Positions 18,201 to 27,985 of a stretch of 64,000 nucleotides of DNA are shown piece by piece (position 1 is the first letter of the stretch; the number at the start of each line of letters is the position of its first letter). The notes under the pieces were generated by a model. It made no database searches and had not been told where the DNA came from. It saw nothing but the letters and a program-made list of their open reading frames with translations. The DNA comes from Candidatus Harrisonbacteria bacterium (GTDB lineage: Bacteria; Patescibacteriota; Minisyncoccia; UBA6257; 02-FULL-45-10c). Location of the stretch: positions 195,078 through 259,077 of the forward strand of contig JACROC010000005.1 of NCBI GenBank assembly GCA_016214655.1, read 5' to 3'. Made by a program: the position numbers and the translations under genes.

Positions 18201-19587
18201 AATAAACTATCCAACCAATTAACAATGCATAATAGATTATTGAGGCAGAAAAACCAAATGACCGAGTAGCAATCGGCAGAGAAAATTTGGAAAAAATATC
18301 AATAATCCAAAGCTCATAAGACAAAAGTAAATTCACTATCAAACCAATCATCTGCGCCAAAAAATCGGAAATAAATCCAAGCCCCGCCATCATAAAACCC
18401 AGCCCCATAGTCAATGGTACGGCTTCAGCTATCAGAACGTTAGAAAACAAAGAAGTTAAAGAAAACGTACCGAAGTTTCCCAAAAGCAGCGGCACCACTG
18501 CCAACTGGGCAGAAAGCGCAGTTAAAATATTTTCTTTCCATGATAAAAATCCGGAATCCTTAAATTTTAAATTTTTTTTGAGTACCGGCAGCAGATAAAC
18601 AATTCCAAGAAGCGCTGCAAAAGAGAGCTGGAAACCTAAATCAAATACCAAAACTTTAGGATTATATAAAACCATCAGAAACGCCGCCACTATAATTGCA
18701 TTCCGTATGCTAAAAATACGTTCAGTTTCTTTAGCCAAGATGGCAATAATACCCATAATCGCCGCCCTGACAACCGATGCCTCTCCTCCAGTCATTAAAA
18801 CAAACAGCACGATAACTAAAATGCTTAAATAAAAAGAAGTCGATTGTGAAAAATAAAGTCCAAAAATAGCGGCGGTAGCCAGGGCGATAATGGAAATATT
18901 ATATCCAGACAACGCCACCAAATGAGTGGTGCCGCTAAGCGACATTTTCCTTTGTAATTCCTTAGAAAAATCTTCCCGCTCTCCCAGCGTCAGGCCTGAC
19001 AAAAATGCCGCCTTTTCACTCGGTAAAGCTCTTTTAAAAATCACAACAATCGAATTTTTAAAGTCCAACAATCTCGCCTTGATGGGATTTCCTAGTCCAG
19101 ACTCAATCAGATCAATTTTTGAGAAACGCATGGTCCCCAAAATTCCATTTTTGGCCAGATAATCTGCCGATTCCGGCGAAGGCCGGTTAATAATTCCGGC
19201 TACCTTAACCAGATCCCCATACTGGAAACTTTGGTATGGATCGGTATTAGCCTGAATCTTGCCGCTGTAAGGCTTTTGCAGCTCCAGCACCAATTTTTGT
19301 CCGCCGGCGGTCCGCTCCAGCGACTTAATAATTCCGGTAAATTCTGTTTTTAAACCAACAGGAAAACTGACGCTCTTCTGATAATAATCAGACACTTGAT
19401 AATACAAAGCTCCGGCAACAATTAAAAAAGAAAGTAAAACTAGAGAATGCCGTCTGAAAATTAAAAAATAAAGAGCAATTAGAAATGTAACTAAAATTAC
19501 CGCCGGCAATACTTTAAAAACGCTTATCAAAAAAATACCCAATAAGAAAAAGACGCAGAACCAAAAGGCTGAATCGTGCAAAAACAT
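18181..19587 (-). CDS. comEC: ComEC/Rec2 membrane (competence) domain protein
   Basis: The 468-aa polytopic membrane protein has the DUF4131 plus Competence-domain topology of ComEC. Confidence 0.7.
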   Translation of the reverse strand: MFLHDSAFWFCVFFLLGIFLISVFKVLPAVILVTFLIALYFLIFRRHSLVLLSFLIVAGALYYQVSDYYQKSVSFPVGLKTEFTGIIKSLERTAGGQKLVLELQKPYSGKIQANTDPYQSFQYGDLVKVAGIINRPSPESADYLAKNGILGTMRFSKIDLIESGLGNPIKARLLDFKNSIVVIFKRALPSEKAAFLSGLTLGEREDFSKELQRKMSLSGTTHLVALSGYNISIIALATAAIFGLYFSQSTSFYLSILVIVLFVLMTGGEASVVRAAIMGIIAILAKETERIFSIRNAIIVAAFLMVLYNPKVLVFDLGFQLSFAALLGIVYLLPVLKKNLKFKDSGFLSWKENILTALSAQLAVVPLLLGNFGTFSLTSLFSNVLIAEAVPLTMGLGFMMAGLGFISDFLAQMIGLIVNLLLSYELWIIDIFSKFSLPIATRSFGFSASIIYYALLIGWIVYYERKRV

Positions 19588-19603
19588 ATCTTATAAAATA
19601 CAA

Positions 19604-19632
19604 AACGGCTCAAACTATTACAAGTCTGAGCC
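19604..19632 (-). terminator. intrinsic terminator (cggctca-N14-tgagccg plus U-run on minus)
   Basis: The hairpin lies directly downstream of the 19641..20036 stop. Confidence 0.4.
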
Positions 19633-19640
19633 GCAAAATT

Positions 19641-20036
19641 CTATGAATCGCGCTCCCAACCAGCCACATTGCCGAAATCCGAAGGAAATAAAAGTATCTT
19701 GGTTGTTCCGGGTAGAAATTTCAGAAGAAACTTAACCCGGCTCTCAATCTCCGGATCGTCTAAGCCCTTAAAGCCGGTTAACTCCTTTGTTTTTAGTTCC
19801 GCCAGCAAACACTCGACATCCGATTCCCGCTCCTTCGCCAATTCCCGGCGATAAAAATCGGTAATCTCCTCATTGCCATTTTTATAAACCGCTTCGGCAA
19901 TTTCCACCGATTGCCAATAAATTCTCTTAAGCCGCTTAGCCTGCTTGGAAGAAATTCTTAATTCGTCCGCCACCCTATCTACGCCATATCCATTATTAAA
20001 GAGATTGAAAGAGCGGGCGATCGTCCGCAAATCCAT
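19641..20036 (-). CDS. hypothetical protein
   Basis: The 131-aa ORF has a terminator downstream. No family was recognised. Confidence 0.4.
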   Translation of the reverse strand: MDLRTIARSFNLFNNGYGVDRVADELRISSKQAKRLKRIYWQSVEIAEAVYKNGNEEITDFYRRELAKERESDVECLLAELKTKELTGFKGLDDPEIESRVKFLLKFLPGTTKILLFPSDFGNVAGWERDS

Positions 20037-20120
20037 AAATCCTCCTCGGTAATCTGTTAAGATAATATCACAAAAATTTAATTAACGCAACATCAAAAAA
20101 ATAACCCGCCAACAGGCGGA

Positions 20121-20492
20121 TTATGATTTTTTGGTCAACTCATCTAATTTTTCTAACGTGTTTGCTTCCAATTCTATTTTTTGATCTTCGTATTCCGCTT
20201 GTATAGATTCCAATTCTGACTTTAAAAAATTATTTAACGTTTCATTTTTAACGCTCAAGTATCCTTCCTCCAGCATATTAGTTAAAATATCCAGTTGCCC
20301 CGGCGTAGCGGTATCTAAAATTCCAACAATGGCGGCCTTAACATCATCGTCTAAAGAGGAAGTCGCCAGCAAAAATCCCAATTTTCTTCCCTGGGCATCG
20401 GCCAAATCCAAAATCTGTTCCTTGGATAATTCTTCAATTTTTAATTGTTCTTTAGCCATAAGGTTAATTTTTTTATTTAAATACATCGCCAT
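20121..20492 (-). CDS. hypothetical acidic coiled-coil protein
   Basis: The 123-aa ORF is followed by the hairpin ccgcc-aacag-ggcgg and a U-run (20090..20115). It overlaps the upstream ORF by 20 nt. Confidence 0.4.
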   Translation of the reverse strand: MAMYLNKKINLMAKEQLKIEELSKEQILDLADAQGRKLGFLLATSSLDDDVKAAIVGILDTATPGQLDILTNMLEEGYLSVKNETLNNFLKSELESIQAEYEDQKIELEANTLEKLDELTKKS

Positions 20493-23367
20493 ACTTTTTT
20501 TCCAATTTTAATATTGTATCCGCGATATGCTTAGCCAAAAATCTTGCCCGCGGACTTTCCCCTTTCTCGGATCTCACAAGTTTATCCACCACCTTCTTTA
20601 AAAAAGCAACTTCAGCTGCTCCTGATTCTACCTGCTGCCGACTTGAAACTAATCCACTCGATGACTTCTCGTGCATAACTTCTAACCAATCTTTTTTTAA
20701 AAGCTTTTTGCCCGCTTTAGAGAAATGCTCCATAATATCTCCCCCTTCGTGGCCAACGCCAATGATTTCATTTTTGGCATTAACTCGGAAAAGAACTGGG
20801 ACGCCATCAACTCTTATAGGCTTCACCCGCACCCCTTCATCAATCATATCTTTTATAATAGTTTTATGCGCTTCAGCCGCTTCTGAAAATACCGTTGGCT
20901 TTTTTCCCGCCGCTACTTCGACTAAATATTGATGCGCCCGTTTCAGATAAGCTTCAACGCTCTCATTCTCCCTAATGGGAAGGTCAGTTTCTTTATGCAT
21001 TTTCTCAATTAATTTCTTGGCTTCCGCCCGCAGTCCTTCCTCGTGCCAATCTAAAGTCTTGCCGACATGCGCCCCGAATTCTCCTTTTTCAGCATCAGCC
21101 GCGGAAATTCCTTTAATGACTTTCCACACCTCTTCATCTTCCTTCCCCCTAAAAATACTCTTAACATCTTGTAGGGTAGCTTCTGTACCATCTAATTTTG
21201 CGGCAATATCCTGCCGTGCCAATTTACTGGTTGCCCGGATCAAAAATTCCTCTATGGTTTCGCCCTGTTTTGGCGACTCTTGCGACTTTTTCGCCAGCTC
21301 TTTTATATAATCCAGCAACTGCTGTTGATTTTTAATTTCCGACCTCTCCAATTTTTCACCAACCATCGTAAATTTATAATCATCCGACAAAACTTCAGTA
21401 GCTTTTAGCCTGCTATGCACTGCCAACTCTTCCGCTCCTCTTTTCCCAATTTTCCCAAACCATCCTCCATAAATTCCCCTCATATCAGATTCTAAATTTT
21501 TAGGTCCATGGAATTCCTGTATTTGCACGGCAACCGCAACGTCATGTTCCCTGACTTTTTCCAATACAGCCCTAGTTTCTTCTTGGGGATTCCAATGATA
21601 CTCATGCTTATTTGATACCTCTACCGTGTCATCTGATTTTAATAAATAAACAGACGGGTCCTTGGAATCCAAAACCCTGATTTCCTCGCCGGTTGAAGGA
21701 ATAATAAAATGATTTTTAACCGCTAATTCATAAGCTTGATGCTGAGCCCATTGGTGCAAAGCCAGCTTATCACTTAAATCTCCGTTATAGCCATGAGATG
21801 CCGGATCGGCTTCCAATTGCCGAACAAAAGCATGGGTTATACCTTCGCCCTTATGAATCGTAGCCAATTCGCGCACGTGCTCTAATTTCGCAACTTCTAC
21901 TACTGCCCTTTCGGATTTTAATTCTGATATTTTAGCTCCTTCGGCTTGGGCGGTTGCCGCTGCCTTTGCCTCAACTAATTTCCTAGCTGCTTGTTCTGGA
22001 TTTTCCGATAAACCAATATAAGACAATAAACGCCGTGCATTCATCACCCAATTTTCTCCACCTTGTTTCGCGGCCTCACCCAATTTGCCTTCTGATACGG
22101 CGCCCCAAAACTTTTCTGCGCCTTCCCGCATAGTTAATGTCCCGTTACGGAGCGCAACTTCAAATTCTACTAACCCTACCGCCCTAAAAAGTTTGGAGTA
22201 AGCCGCAACCGCTTCAGCCGTGGTCTGAAGTTTACCCTTTGTTTCTCTATTAAAAAGATTAAACGTAAGTCCATTAAAAGTCTCTCGCGCCGCATCAATG
22301 GTCAAATTTTTAGCCAGAAAACCCAATTTTTCTACTTGACTGCCCTCTTTTTGGAAATGTTCTTTCTCATAATTCTCAGCCGCTTTTACAGCACGTTCTC
22401 CTATAGCCAAGCCGGTGTAACCAACTGTCCGCAGCCACGGCATCATAACCATAATTGAAGCAGTATTAACTGCTTCTCGCGCCACCACCATTCCTTGGAC
22501 CGAATTATTTATATATAAATCTAAAACTTTACCGACTTTTTCAGTACGAGCCTTATCTGAATTCTTTCCCTCCTTTCGATAATCCCTTAAAATTTGCGCC
22601 ATCTCTTTTCTCAAGGCCAATTTTTCCTTGGCTGGCAACTTGGCTTCTTTTAATTGTTCGTTTAATGCTCCGATTTTAGCAGCTACTGGATTAGTTACCA
22701 ATTCCTCCACGCCTTCTGGTAATTCTTTCTTTTTTAATCTCACTTCTTCTAAAAGTGCAATAGTTGATTCACTAATTTTTCCCCGCTGTTCTTTCTTTTG
22801 GAAATAGTCGCGGATTAATTTTGGCGCTTCCAGAAAGAATCGCGCACCAAAAACAGAACCAAGCGTATCTAAAACGCCTTTCCCAACAAGTGCCTGAATA
22901 CTTTTAGGTTCTTCAAATCCTCTTCGTTCTGCGCGGCTCTCTTCTATTTTCTTTTCTAATCCTGATTTTCTGGCTTCACTGGATGCTTTTTCCTCTGGCG
23001 TCATCATTTCCTCGGCTTTTGCTTCTCTTACTTTTTTTTCCTCTGCCTTAGCTTTTACTTCCTGCTCCTTTGCCAATTTAGTTGCTATTTCAGCATCCTT
23101 CGCCATCTTTTCAGCTTCTGCCATCCTTTCTTTTTCAATCGCGGCCAATTGCTTCGGACTTGGCGGCGCAGGAGGCAAAGATGCTAACGGAACTTCTGCC
23201 TCTGGAAACACAACTGCTGGTTTCTCAGCAGCTGCTGCTTCCGGTTGGTCTAGTGACCGAACTTTTTGCGGCACCCCTAAAGTTTCTATTGGCACCGGCT
23301 TTACGGCTTCCTCTGGCTTGGGTTGTGCTTTTGGTGGTCTTTCGCTCATATTAATTAAATTATACAA
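20473..23367 (-). CDS. large hypothetical protein (964 aa) with a Pro/Ala/Lys/Glu-rich low-complexity N-terminal third
   Basis: It is a long uninterrupted ORF. There is no signal peptide or TM segment by eye and no catalytic motif was recognised. Confidence 0.5.
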   Translation of the reverse strand: MYNLINMSERPPKAQPKPEEAVKPVPIETLGVPQKVRSLDQPEAAAAEKPAVVFPEAEVPLASLPPAPPSPKQLAAIEKERMAEAEKMAKDAEIATKLAKEQEVKAKAEEKKVREAKAEEMMTPEEKASSEARKSGLEKKIEESRAERRGFEEPKSIQALVGKGVLDTLGSVFGARFFLEAPKLIRDYFQKKEQRGKISESTIALLEEVRLKKKELPEGVEELVTNPVAAKIGALNEQLKEAKLPAKEKLALRKEMAQILRDYRKEGKNSDKARTEKVGKVLDLYINNSVQGMVVAREAVNTASIMVMMPWLRTVGYTGLAIGERAVKAAENYEKEHFQKEGSQVEKLGFLAKNLTIDAARETFNGLTFNLFNRETKGKLQTTAEAVAAYSKLFRAVGLVEFEVALRNGTLTMREGAEKFWGAVSEGKLGEAAKQGGENWVMNARRLLSYIGLSENPEQAARKLVEAKAAATAQAEGAKISELKSERAVVEVAKLEHVRELATIHKGEGITHAFVRQLEADPASHGYNGDLSDKLALHQWAQHQAYELAVKNHFIIPSTGEEIRVLDSKDPSVYLLKSDDTVEVSNKHEYHWNPQEETRAVLEKVREHDVAVAVQIQEFHGPKNLESDMRGIYGGWFGKIGKRGAEELAVHSRLKATEVLSDDYKFTMVGEKLERSEIKNQQQLLDYIKELAKKSQESPKQGETIEEFLIRATSKLARQDIAAKLDGTEATLQDVKSIFRGKEDEEVWKVIKGISAADAEKGEFGAHVGKTLDWHEEGLRAEAKKLIEKMHKETDLPIRENESVEAYLKRAHQYLVEVAAGKKPTVFSEAAEAHKTIIKDMIDEGVRVKPIRVDGVPVLFRVNAKNEIIGVGHEGGDIMEHFSKAGKKLLKKDWLEVMHEKSSSGLVSSRQQVESGAAEVAFLKKVVDKLVRSEKGESPRARFLAKHIADTILKLEKKYGDVFK

Positions 23368-23447
23368 TAATTATATATTTTAGTCAATACTTACTACTAT
23401 AATATCCCAATTGTTAATTACTAATTAGTATATCACATCAACTACAT

Positions 23448-24590
23448 CTAAACTATTACTCCTCCACCGAGCATTCGACCCTCGTCATCATAAAATACAG
23501 CAGATTGACCGGAAGCAACGAATTTTTGGGATTTATTAAATACTAATCTAAGGTCTTGCGATGACCTTAATATTAATTTTGCCTTTGCTAAAGGTTGGCG
23601 ATAACGAACGCGAGCAAGTACTTGAGTCATGAATTTTGAATTATGAATTATGGGATTGATCAAATTAACGCCTTTCAAAATAACTTCTTTACAAAACAAA
23701 GCTGGATTATCGTCTCCTTCGGCTACAAGTAAGGTATTAGTTTTAATATCCTTTTCCGCAACATAAGACGCCCTTCGTTCATTTTGACCCTTAATTCCTG
23801 ATTCATAATTCTTAATTCCAAGATGCCGCTGGCCGATCGTATAAAAATGCGCTCCGCTATGCTCGCCAACCACCTTACCGGCGGTATTCAAAACCAAACC
23901 GCGCTTTTGCGGAAGATAATTGCCCAAAAAATCTTTAAGAGTCACTTGGCCCAAAAAACAAATCCCCTGCGAATCCTTTTTCTCCGCATTCGGCAGACCG
24001 AACTTCTTCGCCAGCTTCCTCACCTCCGGCTTGGCATAGTCCCCGATCGGAAATAAGCAATGCCTAAGCTGGTCTTGCGTCAAAGTCCAAAGAAAATAGG
24101 ATTGGTCCTTTTGCGCGTCCCGCGCAGCGTATAGGGTATAGGGTATAGGGTATAGTGATTTTTTTCTAGTTTTACTAAACCCTGAACCCTGACCCCTAAC
24201 CCCTAATCTCACATAATGCCCAGTCGCTACATAATCCGCTCCCATTTCCAGTGCCTTTTTCAAAAACAAGCCGAACTTTATCTCTTTATTGCACATCACA
24301 TCCGGATTCGGCGTAATGCCGCTTCGATAACCATCGATCATGTATTTCACCACCTTCTCTTTATATTCTTTTTCAAAATCAAAGACATAAAAAGGAATAC
24401 CCAAAACCTCCGCAGCTCTCCGCGCGTCTTCAGCATCCTGCTCCGCGCACCCGTCAACGTTATAGCATTTCATATGCGCGCCAATTACCTCATATCCTTT
24501 TTGTTTAAGCAATGCCGCGGCAACTGAAGAATCTACGCCTCCGGACATTGCACAAAAAACTTTTTTATTTTTCACGTTTGACATATTCAA
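23448..24590 (-). CDS. mnmA: tRNA-specific 2-thiouridylase MnmA
   Basis: The PP-loop reads KVFCAMSGGVDSSVAA. Conserved stretches include GHYVR..., KDQSYFLWTL and KKDSQGICFLG. It contains an in-frame insertion encoded by simple-sequence repeats (see the repeat feature). Confidence 0.85.
   Translation of the reverse strand: MNMSNVKNKKVFCAMSGGVDSSVAAALLKQKGYEVIGAHMKCYNVDGCAEQDAEDARRAAEVLGIPFYVFDFEKEYKEKVVKYMIDGYRSGITPNPDVMCNKEIKFGLFLKKALEMGADYVATGHYVRLGVRGQGSGFSKTRKKSLYPIPYTLYAARDAQKDQSYFLWTLTQDQLRHCLFPIGDYAKPEVRKLAKKFGLPNAEKKDSQGICFLGQVTLKDFLGNYLPQKRGLVLNTAGKVVGEHSGAHFYTIGQRHLGIKNYESGIKGQNERRASYVAEKDIKTNTLLVAEGDDNPALFCKEVILKGVNLINPIIHNSKFMTQVLARVRYRQPLAKAKLILRSSQDLRLVFNKSQKFVASGQSAVFYDDEGRMLGGGVIV
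24118..24210. repeat. simple-sequence inverted array (TATAGGG)x3-4 ... (AACCCTR)x4 lying in-frame inside mnmA
   Basis: The sequence is tatagggtatagggtatagggtatag ... aaccctgaaccctgacccctaacccctaa. It encodes an extra loop (LGVRGQGSGFSKTRKKSLYPIPYTLYA) relative to E. coli MnmA at the same position (RADVDGKSRLLRGL). Confidence 0.6.
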
Positions 24591-24641
24591 ATAAATATAT
24601 TTTACTATAAAAAGGCCGCTAAAATCAACTGGGAGATAGGT

Positions 24642-24818
24642 ATGAGGAAAAAAAATAAAAATGAAGGCCCGGCTGAATGGTATCTTAAAAAATCAATCGA
24701 ATATGCAAGAAAAGCCGAAGGCCATCTCTTTTCCGGCAGAAGCAATGACCTTTCCCTTATCTCGATCGCTTATGGCCTAATCTGTCAAAACTGCCGCGAC
24801 CTGGAACGCCAGCGATAA
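24642..24818 (+). CDS. small hypothetical protein (58 aa), not in the ORF track
   Basis: An ATG at 24642 is preceded by GGGAGATAGG. The translation is MRKKNKNEGPAEWYLKKSIEYARKAEGHLFSGRSNDLSLISIAYGLICQNCRDLERQR. An intrinsic terminator follows at 24826..24858. Confidence 0.3.
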   Translation: MRKKNKNEGPAEWYLKKSIEYARKAEGHLFSGRSNDLSLISIAYGLICQNCRDLERQR

Positions 24819-24825
24819 TCTTCTT

Positions 24826-24858
24826 CCAAACACAACGCCCAACCTACACAGGTTGGGC
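24826..24858 (+). terminator. intrinsic terminator (aacgcccaacc-tacac-aggttgggcgtt plus TTT)
   Basis: A 12-bp stem follows the small ORF. A second perfect palindrome, aaaataaaagcc-atgg-cttttatttt, lies at 24897..24922. Confidence 0.5.
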
Positions 24859-25046
24859 GTTTTACTTAAACAACTCTATTCAAAACCCAAATTACCAAAA
24901 TAGAAAATAAAAGCCATGGCTTTTATTTTCTAAGTATAGACATTTACGGCACTTCAACGCGTCGGAGTATCAAACAAACGAAGCTTGGTCAGAATTGGCA
25001 AGGTTTCAAAGATGTAAATATAATTTTATTGTATAATTATTAAATA

Positions 25047-25688
25047 ATGAATAAACCTGAATCCAAAACTCCTATTAATCCGATCATTAAAGTAATGATT
25101 TATTCCGATTTCCTGGTTCTGTCGGCTCTTTCCATCTACGGACCGATTTTTGCGCTTTTTGTTACCCGGCAAATCACTGGCGGCTCAGCACAAGTAGTCG
25201 GATTTGCCGCGGCCAGCTATTGGCTCACCCGGTCAATCGTCCAATTGCCCATATCAAGATTTTTAGACAAATATGACGGCGAAAAAGACGATTTCTGGGC
25301 AATGGTTATCGGCTCAATTTTATTTAGCGCAGTACCTATTTTATTTATCTTTGCAAAAATGCCTTGGCACATCTATCTTTTTCAAGCAATTTACGGCTTA
25401 GCCGACTCCTTAGCAGTTCCTACTTATCTAGCAATTTTTTCCCATCACATTGATAAAGAAAAAGAAAATTTTGAATGGGGTTTGCACTCAGTCTCAATTG
25501 GAATCGGCGTTGCTCTTGGAGCGGCGAGCGGTGGTTATCTGGTAGATAAGGTGGGGTTTAACGTAATCTTCATATTGACTAGCATTATTACTTTTCTAGG
25601 CGCAGCAGTATTAATTACCATTCGGCAAACACTGCTCACTAAACCGCAACCAGTAATACCAATCATTACGAGAAAAAACCATATCTAG
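25047..25688 (+). CDS. MFS-like half-transporter (6 predicted TM helices)
   Basis: The 213-aa ORF has six hydrophobic segments typical of one MFS half. An extended -10 (TGtTATAAT, 25030..25038) lies only about 9 nt upstream of the ATG, so the mRNA is possibly leaderless. Confidence 0.5.
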   Translation: MNKPESKTPINPIIKVMIYSDFLVLSALSIYGPIFALFVTRQITGGSAQVVGFAAASYWLTRSIVQLPISRFLDKYDGEKDDFWAMVIGSILFSAVPILFIFAKMPWHIYLFQAIYGLADSLAVPTYLAIFSHHIDKEKENFEWGLHSVSIGIGVALGAASGGYLVDKVGFNVIFILTSIITFLGAAVLITIRQTLLTKPQPVIPIITRKNHI

Positions 25689-25695
25689 CCACACT

Positions 25696-26979
25696 TTAAC
25701 GCGTTAAAGCGCCCAATAATAAATCTCCTACCTTATATATATCCCCCGCACCCATGGTCAAAATAATATCTCCTTTCTTCGGTTCTAATATTAGAACCGA
25801 GGCCGCATTATTAAAAGAATCAACATACCGCACATTTTTATGAAACTTTTTCATTTTATTTACTAATTGAGTTGAATGTGTCCCGTCATCTTTTTCCCGC
25901 GCCGCATAAATATCCGCCACCAGTACCGCATCGGCATCATTAAAACTTTTGGAAAAATCATTTAAAAGCAATTTAGTCCTACTGTATAGATGCGGCTGGA
26001 ATATGCAAAAAATCGCGCTATGCGGAAATGCTTGCCTGGCGCCGGCAAGCGTTGCTTTGATTTCCGTAGGATGATGTCCGTAATCGTCGTAAACATACGC
26101 ACCACTCCTAGTTTTCCCTTTATATTCAAATCTCCGCCAGGTGCCGGAAAAATTTTCCAAAGATTTCCGCGCCTCGGATTCTTTAACTTTCAATATCTTA
26201 GCCACTGCAAATGCCGCCTGCGCATTATCCAGGTTATGATCTCCAACAACTTTTAATTTTAAATTCCGCGGCGATTTGGTGTAATCAACAATCTTGCACT
26301 TTGCGTTTTTAACAACCGAATCTAGATACCTGCCGCGCGGATTACAAACTAAATAATCCTCTGAAGTTAACTTAGAAACAAACTCTGAAAACGCTTTTTG
26401 GATATTCCGCACATTTCCATAATAATCCAGGTGATCATTATCAATATTCGTAATAACAATAATCTTCGGATTTATATTCAGAAAAGACTTTTTATATTCG
26501 CAGGCCTCCACGACAAAATATTTTCTGCGTCCGGCTACAAAATTAGACTTAGAATCCTTCAATAAACTCCCAACAATAATCGTCGGATCCAGACCACTAT
26601 CCTTTAGGATAGTGCCGATCATTGCGGTTGTAGTTGTTTTTCCATGCGCGCCGGAAACCGCAATCGTATATTTATCGCGTGAAATAATTCCTAGCATCTC
26701 GGGGTAGGAAAGAGTTTGGATGCCCAGCTTTTTTGCCTTAACCAATTCTGGGTTATTTTCTTTCACGGCTGGCGTATAAACTACCAAATCAACATCTTTT
26801 AAATTTTTTTCATCATGACCAAAATAAATTTTCGCCCCGAGCTTTTCTAATTCATCAATAATCTCCGATCGCGAAACATCCGAACCGCTGACCTCTTTAC
26901 CCTCCCCCAGCATCATCCTTGCAATCGCCGAAATCCCAATTCCGCCGATGCCAATAAAATGCGCTTTCCGAATATCCAT
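25696..26979 (-). CDS. murC: UDP-N-acetylmuramate--L-alanine ligase MurC
   Basis: The N-terminus reads HFIGIGGIGISAIARMML. The Mur ligase P-loop reads AVSGAHGKTTTTAMIG. The C-terminus reads ILTMGAGDI. Confidence 0.9.
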   Translation of the reverse strand: MDIRKAHFIGIGGIGISAIARMMLGEGKEVSGSDVSRSEIIDELEKLGAKIYFGHDEKNLKDVDLVVYTPAVKENNPELVKAKKLGIQTLSYPEMLGIISRDKYTIAVSGAHGKTTTTAMIGTILKDSGLDPTIIVGSLLKDSKSNFVAGRRKYFVVEACEYKKSFLNINPKIIVITNIDNDHLDYYGNVRNIQKAFSEFVSKLTSEDYLVCNPRGRYLDSVVKNAKCKIVDYTKSPRNLKLKVVGDHNLDNAQAAFAVAKILKVKESEARKSLENFSGTWRRFEYKGKTRSGAYVYDDYGHHPTEIKATLAGARQAFPHSAIFCIFQPHLYSRTKLLLNDFSKSFNDADAVLVADIYAAREKDDGTHSTQLVNKMKKFHKNVRYVDSFNNAASVLILEPKKGDIILTMGAGDIYKVGDLLLGALTR

Positions 26980-26983
26980 AACT

Positions 26984-27961
26984 TTATTTTAAAACTATCC
27001 GGCGCAATTTGTAAGCATTCCCATGCCTCAATAATCCCAAATAAGAATTTATGATTTCTGGTTTTGGCAATTCTTGTATCCTCTTCATCATCCTTCTTTT
27101 AGTCGTTGTCCTTAATATCCGATGATCTAAAAAATTCACCCAGCCAAGAAAATCCACTCCGGAAGCAAGAGTTTTGATGGAAACTTTATTCGGGTGAAGC
27201 TCTAAAGATAATGTCTCATTCAGGAACGCTCTTATAAATAAGAGTGAGCGATTTAATGATTCTTTGTTTTCAGACAAAATCACAAAATCATCCGCATATC
27301 TTATGTAATATCTGGCCTTTAGTTTGTGCTTCATAAATCGGTCAAATTCATTCATATAGATATTGACTAGTAATTGGGAGGTTAGATTGCCTAGCGGCAA
27401 GCCGATTCCTGGCTTAACCTCAAAGCTATCAATGACTCTATCCAATAACCATAAGATATCTTTGTCTGGAATATGGCTGACCAGAATCTTCTTTAAGATG
27501 GAATGGTCAATATTGGCAAAGAATTTCTTGATATCGCACTTTAATATCCAGTAAGTTTGAGTGTTATTTTGACTGACTTTGTAGGAAAAATCCCGAAATC
27601 GGTTAATGGCTTTATGAGTTCCTTTGTTTAGACGGCAGGAATAGGAATCGGCAATAAAAATTTGGTCAAAAAATGGGTAGAGTATCCTATATATTGCGTG
27701 GTGTAATAATCTGTCTCTTACTTGGGCTTTATGGATATTTCTGGGTTTAGGGTCGCAGATATTGAATGCCTGGTACCCGCCGTGTACATACGTTTGGTTG
27801 CGAAGATCATTATGAAGCGATAGGATATTATCCATCAGATTAAAAGAGAATTCCTGGACATCTGGCTTGCTCCTTTTCCCTCTTACAAATTCTTTCCAGG
27901 CCTCTAATAAATTCTCAATGCTAATAATATCTTCAAATTTATGGCGCAATTGAATTTTCAT
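26984..27961 (-). CDS. DGR reverse transcriptase
   Basis: The 325-aa ORF contains RT motifs 1-7. YADD lies within ARYYIRYADDFVIL. The DGR-diagnostic motif 4 reads LPLGNLTSQLLVNIYMNEFD (I/LGxxxSQ). Its size is typical of DGR RTs. Confidence 0.9.
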   Translation of the reverse strand: MKIQLRHKFEDIISIENLLEAWKEFVRGKRSKPDVQEFSFNLMDNILSLHNDLRNQTYVHGGYQAFNICDPKPRNIHKAQVRDRLLHHAIYRILYPFFDQIFIADSYSCRLNKGTHKAINRFRDFSYKVSQNNTQTYWILKCDIKKFFANIDHSILKKILVSHIPDKDILWLLDRVIDSFEVKPGIGLPLGNLTSQLLVNIYMNEFDRFMKHKLKARYYIRYADDFVILSENKESLNRSLLFIRAFLNETLSLELHPNKVSIKTLASGVDFLGWVNFLDHRILRTTTKRRMMKRIQELPKPEIINSYLGLLRHGNAYKLRRIVLK

Positions 27962-27985
27962 AAAAATAATTTTTCCCGGGAAGCG

